A stretch of 64,000 nt of DNA from an uncultured Oscillospiraceae bacterium (lineage in GTDB: Bacteria; Bacillota; Clostridia; Oscillospirales; Oscillospiraceae): the NCBI GenBank assembly GCA_964430345.1, contig CAYSFK010000001.1:7-64006 (forward strand), given 5' to 3'. This document shows positions 42,690 through 51,190 of the stretch, one piece after another (positions within the stretch are counted from its first letter, which is position 1; each line of letters opens with the position of its first letter). Made by a program: the position numbers and the translations under genes. The notes under the pieces were generated by a model, which did no database searches, was not told the origin of the DNA, and saw only the letters and a list, made by a program, of their open reading frames with translations.

Positions 42690-44225
42690 TTATTTGCCCT
42701 CCTTCATGTCAAGAAGCATATGCCGGGCCTGCTCCGCGCCGCTGAGATAGGCCTGACTGTAGCCGTCCATCTGGGTGCCGTGGCCGCCGCAGAAGCGCAG
42801 ACCCTTGACGGTGTAGTCCAGGTGTATGGACTGGACTCTGGGGAACATACCGTCCCAGGTGCGGGGCTCGTAGCCATATACATCGCCGTAGGGCGTACCC
42901 AGATATCTGGCCCAGGTAACGGGGGAGGCCACTACCAGCTCCTCGATATGGCTGCGTATATCAAGGCCGGAGACCCGCTCGTAGTCCATAACCGCGTCCA
43001 TGGCTATTTTATCCTTGAGCTTAAAGTACTCCTCCTCGCTGACGCCCTCAAATATGCTGGTTGTATAGAACTTGCTGAACTGGAGATAGCAGCTGCCGGG
43101 ACGGGAGGCGTCGGGTATGACGTTGTTGAGCACGGTGACGCAGTAATCGTTGTGGGTGTCGATTGAGGCTGCGTTGTCATACTGCTTGAGCGTGTCGCCG
43201 GTGGTGCGCACAAAGGTGTCGTAACCCTTTAGGCCTATTTCCTCGGCGGAGGCGTCCAGACCCAGATAGACCGTGAAGGCGGACTGGGCCAGCTTTCTGG
43301 CGTTCATGGCCTTAAGATCACGCTCCGGTATCTCGCTGTGGTCCACCATCCTGTCAAAGACCACCGTGGGCATCAGGTTTGAGATGACCCGCTCACAGGG
43401 CAGGTACTCGCCGCTGCAGAGCTCTACGCCGCGCACGGCGTTGTTCTTTACGTCGATGCGCTTTACCTCGCAGTTGTACCAGATGTCGCCGCCCAGCTCC
43501 CGGATACGCTGGTCATAGGCAAGGCTTATCTCATGGCTGCGGTTTTTTGCTATCCAGGGCTTCTTGGTGAGATATACATAGACCATGAAGCAGTAGACCG
43601 CGAAGCTTATCTTCGTGGAATCCACGCTTACGTAGTCCCAATAGGACTCGTATATCTCGCGGGCCTTGTCGGGTACGCCTATTTTCCTGAGCATCTCGTC
43701 ACAGGTGACTGGGACCACCTTCATCAAATCGTGGTACTTCAGCAGCATCTCCACCTTGGCAAGGGGGCCGGGCTCATTATTGTGCTCTGCCAGCCAGGCC
43801 ACGCCGTCCTTCAGCATCCGGCCAAGCTCCATCACCGTGGTCATGGACTCTCTGGAGCCGGGGACCTCCTTCTCCATGGCGTCGATAAACTCCTGAACAC
43901 CGTCGGGCATGAAAACATTGAAGCCGGTCTCCGGGTCGGTGTTAATGGACGAAAAGGCCTCGTTCACCGGCACCCAGTCCACGTCCAGCCCGTATCCGTC
44001 CAGCAGCGCCCGCACCGCGGCGGGGTCCTCCGCCGTGCCCATCTGGCACAGCTCATGCAGCGTGGCCTCAAACTCGAAATCGCCCCGCTTAAAGCTGGTG
44101 GCGCAGCCGCCGGGGAGATTGTGCTTTTCCAGCACCAGTACCTTCTTGCCGGCCTTGCACAGATAGGCGGCCGCCGAAAGGCCGCCGTTGCCGGCTCCTA
44201 CAACAATTACGTCGTACTTGGGCAT
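42690..44225 (-). CDS. Phytoene-desaturase-family (CrtI-like) FAD-dependent oxidoreductase
   Basis: 511 aa with N-terminal [38 protein letters not shown] and a C-terminal GGHGTQMDG-type FAD motif. Its stop directly abuts the next gene's ATG (TAAATG). Confidence 0.75.
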   Translation of the reverse strand: MPKYDVIVVGAGNGGLSAAAYLCKAGKKVLVLEKHNLPGGCATSFKRGDFEFEATLHELCQMGTAEDPAAVRALLDGYGLDVDWVPVNEAFSSINTDPETGFNVFMPDGVQEFIDAMEKEVPGSRESMTTVMELGRMLKDGVAWLAEHNNEPGPLAKVEMLLKYHDLMKVVPVTCDEMLRKIGVPDKAREIYESYWDYVSVDSTKISFAVYCFMVYVYLTKKPWIAKNRSHEISLAYDQRIRELGGDIWYNCEVKRIDVKNNAVRGVELCSGEYLPCERVISNLMPTVVFDRMVDHSEIPERDLKAMNARKLAQSAFTVYLGLDASAEEIGLKGYDTFVRTTGDTLKQYDNAASIDTHNDYCVTVLNNVIPDASRPGSCYLQFSKFYTTSIFEGVSEEEYFKLKDKIAMDAVMDYERVSGLDIRSHIEELVVASPVTWARYLGTPYGDVYGYEPRTWDGMFPRVQSIHLDYTVKGLRFCGGHGTQMDGYSQAYLSGAEQARHMLLDMKEGK

Positions 44226-44269
44226 ATGCTTTTTCCTCCGTTCTTAGCTTAAGTTTCCATAGTACATTC

Positions 44270-44284
44270 TGTGGCTATACCACA
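44270..44284. promoter_or_regulatory. Inverted repeat TGTGG-N5-CCACA (candidate GntR-type operator)
   Basis: It lies directly next to the -10 hexamer of the operon promoter candidate and covers the predicted transcription start. Confidence 0.35.
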
Positions 44285-44313
44285 ATAATACAACTTTGCA
44301 AAATTTTTAGCAA
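44285..44313 (-). promoter_or_regulatory. Candidate sigma-A promoter of the CrtI-like operon
   Basis: On the minus strand: TTGCTA, 17 nt, TATTAT. Confidence 0.45.
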
Positions 44314-44332
44314 TATTCTTTCGACCAATCGG

Positions 44333-44360
44333 GCACAAATCGTAGGCTGCTGATTTGTGC
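44333..44360. promoter_or_regulatory. Perfect 9-bp inverted repeat GCACAAATC-N10-GATTTGTGC in the divergent control region
   Basis: Read directly from the sequence. It lies between the two divergent promoter candidates. Confidence 0.3.
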
Positions 44361-44407
44361 AGATATGTCAAAAAAATCGGGCTGTGGCCGGGAACGGAAA
44401 GCCATAC

Positions 44408-44436
44408 TTGATTTTGGATGCCTGCAGGGCTATAAT
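44408..44436 (+). promoter_or_regulatory. Sigma-A promoter for the GntR regulator
   Basis: TTGATT, 17 nt, TATAAT. It lies inside the 5' part of the track ORF, so the GTG at 44357 is unlikely to be the start. Confidence 0.55.
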
Positions 44437-44470
44437 AACGGTGAAGTATCATAGAAACGGAATCGATGCA

Positions 44471-45190
44471 ATGCGTGAAAACTGCGGTCAGGGGCTGAAG
44501 GATAAATTTATCAACATCATGCAGGCGAGGATACTGTCCGGGGAGCTGAAGCCCGGAGACCCCTTGCCCCCTGAGCGGGAGCTGGCGGCCCAGCTGGGCA
44601 TCAGCCGGGGCTCCGTGAATCAGGGCATACTGGATATGGAGCGCATGGGCTTTCTGAGGATAGTTCCCAGAAAGGGCAGCTTTGTGGCGGATTATATTAA
44701 AAATGCCACGCCGGTGACGCTGAGCGCCATAATGAGCTATGATTCCCAACTGGTGGACGGGAATCTTTTTAAAGACCTTATGGAGCTGCGTATACTCGTC
44801 GAACGGGAATGCGTCCGGCTGGCCTGCGGAAAGGTGAGCAATACCGCAAGGGAGAAGCTGGCCCGACTCAACGAGCAGATACACGATTTCAAGGGCGAGG
44901 CTCCGGTGGAAGCGCTGTACGACTACCACCGATGCATCACCAAGATATCCGGCAACGCCGCCTATTCCATGGTGTTCCAGAGCTTTGAGAAGATGCTGAA
45001 GAACCTGATGCAGGTCCACTACAGCAATGAAAGCGAGCTTAAAAAGAGCCTGCCCCTGTACGACGCTTTGACGGCTGCTCTGAGCCGGGGCGATGGGGCG
45101 GAGGCGGACGAGCTTATCCTTAAGCTGCTGGGATCTGCCTCTGTGTACCTGAACAAACGGCTCAGCGGAAAGACGGCGGCCGATGAGTAA
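44471..45190 (+). CDS. GntR-family transcriptional regulator, FadR subfamily (FCD ligand domain)
   Basis: wHTH LPPERELAAQLGISRGSVNQGILDMERMGFLRIVPRKGSFV, then a helical FCD-like C-terminal domain. Confidence 0.8.
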   Translation: MRENCGQGLKDKFINIMQARILSGELKPGDPLPPERELAAQLGISRGSVNQGILDMERMGFLRIVPRKGSFVADYIKNATPVTLSAIMSYDSQLVDGNLFKDLMELRILVERECVRLACGKVSNTAREKLARLNEQIHDFKGEAPVEALYDYHRCITKISGNAAYSMVFQSFEKMLKNLMQVHYSNESELKKSLPLYDALTAALSRGDGAEADELILKLLGSASVYLNKRLSGKTAADE

Positions 45191-45692
45191 GGGCGGATTG
45201 GAGATAGAGCGAAAGTACCTTATCCGTTACCCTGACCTGAAAGTGCTGGAGGAGAGGGCTCAGGCGTCGGATATAGTGCAGACCTATCTGACCGGCGGGC
45301 CTGTAAAGGGCAGTGAAAGAGTCAGAAAACGCCGCTACGGCGACAGAGTGGAATATACCCACACCCTAAAGCAGCATATAACCGATGTGACCCGTACGGA
45401 GGACGAGCGTGAGCTGTCAAGGGCCGAGTACGAAAGCCTGCTTAAAAGGGCCGACCCGGAGCGAATGCCCATACAGAAGAAAAGATACTGTCTCAGCTAT
45501 GAGGGACGGCTGTTTGAGATAGATGTCTACCCCTTTTGGGATGACAGGGCGGTGCTGGAGACGGAGCTTGAGGACGAGGCCCAACAGTTCAGCTTCCCGC
45601 CGGAGCTGCGGATAATCCGGGAGCTCAGCCACGACAGGCGCTACACCAATGCAGCCATGGCCCGGAGCATACCCAGAGAGGATATAGACTGA
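45183..45692 (+). CDS. CYTH-domain protein (triphosphate tunnel metalloenzyme)
   Basis: 169 aa with the N-terminal EIERKYL motif and alternating acidic/basic beta-strand pattern. It overlaps the gntR stop by 8 nt. Confidence 0.7.
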   Translation: MSKGGLEIERKYLIRYPDLKVLEERAQASDIVQTYLTGGPVKGSERVRKRRYGDRVEYTHTLKQHITDVTRTEDERELSRAEYESLLKRADPERMPIQKKRYCLSYEGRLFEIDVYPFWDDRAVLETELEDEAQQFSFPPELRIIRELSHDRRYTNAAMARSIPREDID

Positions 45693-45756
45693 CGGAACAA
45701 TAACCTGAGCAGACCGTCATAACACTTAGCCTGACACACGAAAGGATGGAACCGAT

Positions 45757-47046
45757 TTGAAAAAGAATATAAGTATACTGCTGGCAGTGGCTCTGATATT
45801 TACCCTCTGCGCCTGTGAGGGCGTGGGCAATGTGGAGCTGCCGCCGCTGCCCACACCCACCGAGGAGGCGACACAGCCTTCCGCGGCACCGGAGACTGAA
45901 ACCCCTGCCCCCACTGAGGAGCCGGCCGAAGCGCGGCCGCAGACCATAGTGGCAATAAAACGCACAGAGCTGGAGGCTTTTGACCCTCAGTACGGCACCA
46001 CGCTGATACTGAGCTTCGACTACGATACGCCTACGGTGTTTATCCAGGACAACAGCGCCGCTGCCGAGGCCATCAACGAGTATACCGCCCTTATGGACGA
46101 GACCTACTATACCGGTGAGGATTACGGCGACGGCATGGGCACCGGCTATCAAAATATGCTCACCATGGCGGAGGACAACTATAATTATCTGTCCACACTG
46201 GAGACTGCGGATGTTATCTATGAGATGGCCTCCTCCCAGACCGTCACTGTGGAGCGTAATGACGCGCAGGTGCTGACGCTGCTGTACAATAATTACAGCT
46301 TTACCGGCGGCGCCCACGGCTTCTACGGCGAGCGGGGCTACTGCTTCGACGCCGGAACGGGCGAGCTGCTGACGCTGGACAGCATATCCGACGACGCCGA
46401 AGCACTCAAGAGCTTTCTGGCGGAGAAGATGGTAGCTATACTGGAAAATGACACCGAGCTTCTGGAGCGCATCGACCAGACCCTTATCCCGGAGGAGGGT
46501 CTGTCCGCCATGTGCACGGTTCTGCTGAGAGACGGCTCCTGGTATTTCTCCCGGGATGGGCTGGTTATTTTCTCCGATCTGTATGAGTACAGCAGCTACG
46601 CCGCCGGCCCAATTGAATTCAGTATTCCCTACGCGGAGCTCAGCGGCCATGTCAAAGCCGGGTATTTGCCGGAGCAGTCAAAGGCTGAGTGCAGCCTGGG
46701 CGTGATGGAGGCTGCCAAAATGACCGACGGCAGCATGGAGATACTGGACAAGGTCACCGTCAGCGCCGAGGGACAGGAGCTGTATTTCACGGTAGAGGGC
46801 AGGATAGAGGATGTGAAGCTGGCTTCGGTGGAGTACTCCGACAAGTTCTACGAGACAGCCCAGCTCTGGAGCTGCAGCTATATGCAGGACTGCGCCCTCC
46901 AGATAAAGACCCTGATCCCCGAGGGTATGCCGGACCTGATGATAAGCTACACCGACAAGGACGGACGGCATAATATACTGCTCACCGAGAGCGGCGAGGA
47001 CGGCAGTCTTATACTCATGGACGACAGCATCGAGGCCGTGGGCTGA
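45757..47046 (+). CDS. Lipoprotein with DUF3298/RsiV-like domain
   Basis: Lipobox LIFTLCAC, a Pro/Glu/Thr linker, and YNNYSFTGGAHGFYG typical of DUF3298. TTG start with AAAGGA upstream. Confidence 0.6.
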   Translation: MKKNISILLAVALIFTLCACEGVGNVELPPLPTPTEEATQPSAAPETETPAPTEEPAEARPQTIVAIKRTELEAFDPQYGTTLILSFDYDTPTVFIQDNSAAAEAINEYTALMDETYYTGEDYGDGMGTGYQNMLTMAEDNYNYLSTLETADVIYEMASSQTVTVERNDAQVLTLLYNNYSFTGGAHGFYGERGYCFDAGTGELLTLDSISDDAEALKSFLAEKMVAILENDTELLERIDQTLIPEEGLSAMCTVLLRDGSWYFSRDGLVIFSDLYEYSSYAAGPIEFSIPYAELSGHVKAGYLPEQSKAECSLGVMEAAKMTDGSMEILDKVTVSAEGQELYFTVEGRIEDVKLASVEYSDKFYETAQLWSCSYMQDCALQIKTLIPEGMPDLMISYTDKDGRHNILLTESGEDGSLILMDDSIEAVG

Positions 47047-47080
47047 TAGGCAAAAAGCTGAAAATTGCGCTGAATTATTG

Positions 47081-47109
47081 TTGACATTGTACGAAAAACG
47101 TGATATTCT
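47081..47109 (+). promoter_or_regulatory. Sigma-A promoter for rplU-rpmA
   Basis: TTGACA, 17 nt, TATTCT. Confidence 0.55.
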
Positions 47110-47192
47110 ACTAAAGCCGCGTTGAAGGGGTATATAAGCCGAGGTGCGTCCTCCACCCCCAGAGCGAGTCCTGTAAAGAGGGAGGAAATGAT
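47110..47192 (+). ncRNA. Structured 5' leader of rplU (possible L21-type ribosomal-protein leader)
   Basis: Nested hairpin GGGGT...GAGG-TGCGT-CCTC...ACCCC at 47127..47159. Assignment to the known L21 leader family was not verified. Confidence 0.3.
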
Positions 47193-47507
47193 ATGAAGCA
47201 CGCAATAATCGTCACCGGCGGTAAGCAGTACAGAGTCGCCGAGGGTGATGTGGTATTCATCGAGAAGCTGGACGTGGCCGCAGGCGAGTCCGTGAAGTTC
47301 GACAGAGTTCTGGCCGTTATGGACGGCGAGACAGCAGTCTTTGGAGCGCCGGACATCGAGGGCGCCAGCGTCACAGCTAACGTGGTCAAGAGCGGCAAGA
47401 GCGCCAAGATCCGCGTCTACAAGATGAAGCCCAAAAAGGGCTACCGCAAGACCCAGGGCCACAGACAGCCCTATACCAAGGTCCAGATAGAGACTATCAA
47501 CGCGTAA
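47193..47507 (+). CDS. rplU: 50S ribosomal protein L21
   Basis: [26 protein letters not shown]... Confidence 0.95.
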   Translation: MKHAIIVTGGKQYRVAEGDVVFIEKLDVAAGESVKFDRVLAVMDGETAVFGAPDIEGASVTANVVKSGKSAKIRVYKMKPKKGYRKTQGHRQPYTKVQIETINA

Positions 47508-47542
47508 GTCACAGCTGATTATGACAATGGAGGTGTAACCTA

Positions 47543-47806
47543 ATGGCACATAAAAAAGGTATGGGTTCTACCAAGAACGGCCGCGACAGTGAGTCAAAGC
47601 GTCTTGGCGCCAAAAGAGCCGATGGTCAGTTTGTGCTTGCCGGCAATATTCTTGTGCGGCAGCGCGGAACCAAGATCCACCCGGGCACCAATGTGGGCAA
47701 GGGCAAGGATGACACCCTGTTCGCTCTGACAGACGGCAAGGTCAAGTTCGAGCGCATGGGCAAGGACCGCAAGCAGGTTTCCGTATACGGGGACTTGGCA
47801 CAGTAA
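47543..47806 (+). CDS. rpmA: 50S ribosomal protein L27
   Basis: [29 protein letters not shown]... Confidence 0.95.
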   Translation: MAHKKGMGSTKNGRDSESKRLGAKRADGQFVLAGNILVRQRGTKIHPGTNVGKGKDDTLFALTDGKVKFERMGKDRKQVSVYGDLAQ

Positions 47807-47816
47807 GATGACCACC

Positions 47817-47853
47817 AAGGCCGGACGCCAGTCCGGCCTTTTTATTATTATTT
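47817..47853 (+). terminator. Rho-independent terminator after rpmA
   Basis: AAGGCCGGAC-GCCA-GTCCGGCCTT followed by TTTATTATTATTT. Confidence 0.7.
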
Positions 47854-47866
47854 CAAAGGAGTATCT

Positions 47867-49150
47867 ATGGCTTCTGCATTTGTGGATAAGGCCCGAATAA
47901 GCGTTCACGCCGGCAAGGGCGGGGACGGTGCGGTGGCGTTCCACCGGGAAAAATACGTGGCGGCAGGCGGCCCCGACGGCGGGGACGGCGGCCGTGGCGG
48001 CAGCGTTGTCTTTGTCGCCGACGACAATATGTCCACCCTGATGGACTTTCGGTATAAAAGAAAGTACGCCGCCGGAAACGGCGCCAACGGCCAGGGGAAG
48101 CGCTGCTACGGCAAGGACGGCGAGTCCCTTTATATAAAAGTACCTCGGGGCACCCTTATCCGCGACACCGAGACCGGGGCCATTATGCACGATATGTCCT
48201 CCGGCGAGGACTGGGTCGCCGCCAAAGGCGGCCGTGGCGGCTGGGGCAATATGCACTTTGCCACACCTACACGGCAGGTGCCCCGCTTCGCAAAGCCCGG
48301 TCTGCCGGGAGAGAGCCACGATATTACGCTGGAGCTTAAGCTGCTGGCGGATGTGGGTCTGGTGGGCTTCCCCAATGTGGGCAAGTCCACGCTGCTGTCC
48401 GTGGTCAGCAAGGCTCACCCCAAGATAGCAAACTACCACTTTACCACGCTGTTTCCCAATCTGGGCGTGGTGTACGTGGACGAGGGCCGCTCCTTCGTTA
48501 TGGCGGATATCCCCGGCATCATAGAGGGCGCCTCTGAGGGGGCCGGACTGGGCCACGATTTCCTCCGGCATATCGACCGCTGCCGCCTGCTGGTGCATCT
48601 GGTGGATGTGTCCGGCAGCGAGGGCCGCGACCCGGTAGAGGATATGAAGTCCATAAACGCAGAGCTTAAGGAGTACGACGAGGAGCTGGCCGCCCGTCCC
48701 CAGATAGTTGTCGCCAACAAGTGCGACCTGCTGTCCGAGGACAGCGACAATATGCAGCGGCTGGAGGCTTACGCCGAAAGTCAGGGCTACAATGTTTTCC
48801 GCCTCAGCGCCGCCACCCATGAGGGAGTGCCTCAGCTTATCGCCGAGTGCTCCCGCAGGCTGTCGCAGCTTCCGCCTATACTTTACTATGAGGCGGACTA
48901 CGTGGCACCCGAGCCCGTGCCCGACACCTCCGGGGAGCTTGTTATAGAACAGTTTGACGATATGTGGACGGTGGAGGGACCCTGGCTCCAGCGACTTGTG
49001 GCCACGGTGAACTTTTCCGACAACGAGAGCAGGATGTATTTTGACCGGGTGCTGAGAGAGGCCGGTGTGTTCCAGCGGATGGAGGATATGGGCGTCAAAA
49101 GCGGAGACACGGTGTGTATGTACGACCTGATGTTTGAATATAAAGAGTAA
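47867..49150 (+). CDS. obg: GTPase Obg/CgtA
   Basis: Gly-rich Obg fold (GGDGGRGGSVVF), G domain (GFPNVGKST, DIPGIIEGA, NKCD) and a C-terminal OCT domain. Confidence 0.92.
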   Translation: MASAFVDKARISVHAGKGGDGAVAFHREKYVAAGGPDGGDGGRGGSVVFVADDNMSTLMDFRYKRKYAAGNGANGQGKRCYGKDGESLYIKVPRGTLIRDTETGAIMHDMSSGEDWVAAKGGRGGWGNMHFATPTRQVPRFAKPGLPGESHDITLELKLLADVGLVGFPNVGKSTLLSVVSKAHPKIANYHFTTLFPNLGVVYVDEGRSFVMADIPGIIEGASEGAGLGHDFLRHIDRCRLLVHLVDVSGSEGRDPVEDMKSINAELKEYDEELAARPQIVVANKCDLLSEDSDNMQRLEAYAESQGYNVFRLSAATHEGVPQLIAECSRRLSQLPPILYYEADYVAPEPVPDTSGELVIEQFDDMWTVEGPWLQRLVATVNFSDNESRMYFDRVLREAGVFQRMEDMGVKSGDTVCMYDLMFEYKE

Positions 49151-49614
49151 TGGCAAAGCAGCAGAAAACTTACAGCTTCATACTGACAGCGCTGATGCTG
49201 GCGACTATGGCATTTATCTGGTATAACTCTCTCCAGAACAGAGATCAATCCTCCCAGAAAAGTCAGGCGCTGCTGGAGATAATCGTGCCCGTTCTGGATA
49301 AGATGTCCATAGAACTGAAGGACCCCACAGACGACCTGTGGCTGCGCAAGGCGGCACATTTGTTCGAGTTCGCGCTGCTGGGCGGGGAGATGGCGCTGTT
49401 TCTCCGCACTAGGCGCAGGGTCGTGGCTCAGGGTATATGCAACGGCCTGTTCGCGGGACTGTTGGCGGCGGTGTCGGACGAGACGGTGCAGATTTTCTCC
49501 GGGCGATACTCCTGCGTATCCGACGTGCTGCTGGACTACTCCGGCTTCATAATCGGATTGCTGCTGGTGCTGATGTTCAGCGCCGGAGCGGTGCGAAAAA
49601 GGCGGCGGGGCTGA
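49150..49614 (+). CDS. VanZ-family membrane protein
   Basis: 154 aa, 4 TM segments, with KAAHLFEFALLG and DETVQIFSGRYSCVSDVLLD. Confidence 0.65.
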   Translation: MAKQQKTYSFILTALMLATMAFIWYNSLQNRDQSSQKSQALLEIIVPVLDKMSIELKDPTDDLWLRKAAHLFEFALLGGEMALFLRTRRRVVAQGICNGLFAGLLAAVSDETVQIFSGRYSCVSDVLLDYSGFIIGLLLVLMFSAGAVRKRRRG

Positions 49615-49629
49615 AACTGAATACCAAAA

Positions 49630-49660
49630 AAGGATGAGGCAGCCCCTCATCCTTTTATAT
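49630..49660 (+). terminator. Rho-independent terminator after the vanZ-like gene
   Basis: AAGGATGAGG-CAGC-CCTCATCCTT followed by TTATAT. Confidence 0.65.
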
Positions 49661-49691
49661 GTAAAAAAGCGAGAGAAGCGTAAATTTCTAT

Positions 49692-49719
49692 TTGAACAAC
49701 GGCTCCGATATGCTATAAT
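49692..49719 (+). promoter_or_regulatory. Sigma-A promoter for the MBOAT operon
   Basis: TTGAAC, 16 nt, TATAAT. The -10 abuts the GTG of the track ORF, so the true start must lie downstream. Confidence 0.5.
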
Positions 49720-49755
49720 GTGACAAGCAAAAATCAGACTGTTGAGGACGCAAAA

Positions 49756-51177
49756 TTGGTATTCAGCTCAGCTATATTCATCTTCGGCTTTTTGCCGCTG
49801 GTCTTTATCATATACCGACTGCTGCCCGGAGGGAGAGCGCGCAACTGCTTTCTCGCTCTGGCCAGCGTGGTTTTCTATGCCTTTGGGCTGCCCAGATACG
49901 TGCCGCTGTTTCTGGTATCGGTACTTATCAACTATCTGGCAGGTCTTGCGCTGGGCTCAATAACGCAGGCACGGGCCAGAAGAGCTGTGCTGACGGCGGC
50001 GCTGATTTTGAACCTGGGTATGCTGGCGGTGTACAAATACGCCGACTTCGCGGTGGAAAACCTGAATCTGCTTTTAGGCAGCCAGCTTGCGCCGCCCGGC
50101 ATCCTCCTGCCTATAGGCATCTCCTTTTTTACCTTTCAGGGGATGAGCTATGTGATAGACGTGTACAGAGAGCCGGACAGCGGCACCCGGAGCTTCATGA
50201 AGCTGCTGCTGTATATCGCCTTCTTCCCTCAGCTTATAGCCGGGCCCATAGTGAAGTATCACGATATTTCCGCCCAGATAGACAATAGGCTCTGCACTCC
50301 GTCGGAGACTGCTTTGGGCATTCGCCGCTTTATTCTAGGCCTGTCAAAGAAGCTGCTGCTGGCCAATACCGCGGGCTCCATAGCCGACGCGGTCTTTGCG
50401 CAGGCAGCGCCGCTGGACTGGCGGCTGGCATGGCTGGGCGGCATATGCTACAGCCTCCAGATATACTACGATTTCAGCGGCTACAGCGACATGGCCATCG
50501 GGCTGGGGCATATGTTCGGCTTCACCATTAAGGAGAACTTCCGCTTTCCCTACGGCGCATCCTCTCTGACAGAATTCTGGCAGCGCTGGCATATATCCCT
50601 GACCTCCTGGTTCCGGGAATACCTGTATATTCCGCTGGGCGGCAACCGCAAGGGCAGAGGGCGGATGATACTGAACCGCTTTATCGTATTTTTCTGCACC
50701 GGTATGTGGCATGGCGCAAACTGGACCTTTTTGGTGTGGGGACTGTGCCACGGAGGGCTCACCAGCCTTGAGCGCCTTGGCGTTTTACCTGCCGACAGAC
50801 TGCAAAAAAGCGCTGTGGGACGTGTCATAGGCCGCGTATACACGCAGTTGGCGGTGATGCTGCTGTTCGTGGTGTTTCGGGCCGATAGTCTCGGTCAGGC
50901 ATGGACGGTCATATCCGCCATGTTCAGCTTCGACGTCACGGCGGAGGGTACATATATGCTGGCAAAGCTCCTGAGCCCCGCGGCTCTGGTGACTGTAGTT
51001 ATCGCGCTTATCCTGTCCGGGAACCTTATGCCCCGCGTCAGGGAGAAACTGGCGGCGGGCGTACCCGGTACGTCCGGAGCGCTGCTGTCCTCTGCGGCCA
51101 GTCTGGCGCTGCTGGCGCTGTGCCTGCTGTGCCTGTCCGGTGGCGGATTCAACCCCTTCATATACTTTCAGTTTTAG
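49756..51177 (+). CDS. MBOAT-family membrane O-acyltransferase (AlgI/DltB-like)
   Basis: I chose the TTG start at 49756 (GAGGA 7 nt upstream), which gives MVFSSAIFIFGFLP as in AlgI-type proteins. It also has FTFQGMSYVIDVYR and WHISLTSWFREYLYIPLGGNRKG. Confidence 0.8.
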   Translation: MVFSSAIFIFGFLPLVFIIYRLLPGGRARNCFLALASVVFYAFGLPRYVPLFLVSVLINYLAGLALGSITQARARRAVLTAALILNLGMLAVYKYADFAVENLNLLLGSQLAPPGILLPIGISFFTFQGMSYVIDVYREPDSGTRSFMKLLLYIAFFPQLIAGPIVKYHDISAQIDNRLCTPSETALGIRRFILGLSKKLLLANTAGSIADAVFAQAAPLDWRLAWLGGICYSLQIYYDFSGYSDMAIGLGHMFGFTIKENFRFPYGASSLTEFWQRWHISLTSWFREYLYIPLGGNRKGRGRMILNRFIVFFCTGMWHGANWTFLVWGLCHGGLTSLERLGVLPADRLQKSAVGRVIGRVYTQLAVMLLFVVFRADSLGQAWTVISAMFSFDVTAEGTYMLAKLLSPAALVTVVIALILSGNLMPRVREKLAAGVPGTSGALLSSAASLALLALCLLCLSGGGFNPFIYFQF

Positions 51178-51190
51178 GGAGGGGGAGAGC

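Noticed and set aside
47594-49156. 520-aa minus-strand ORF opposite rpmA and obg. Similar long antisense ORFs occur at 56798..58351, 23059..24531, 5011..6306, 14682..15770, 45625..46650 and 58605..59609.
   Set aside because: All overlap strongly supported genes on the other strand and lack any recognisable domain signature. They are treated as GC-driven shadow ORFs.
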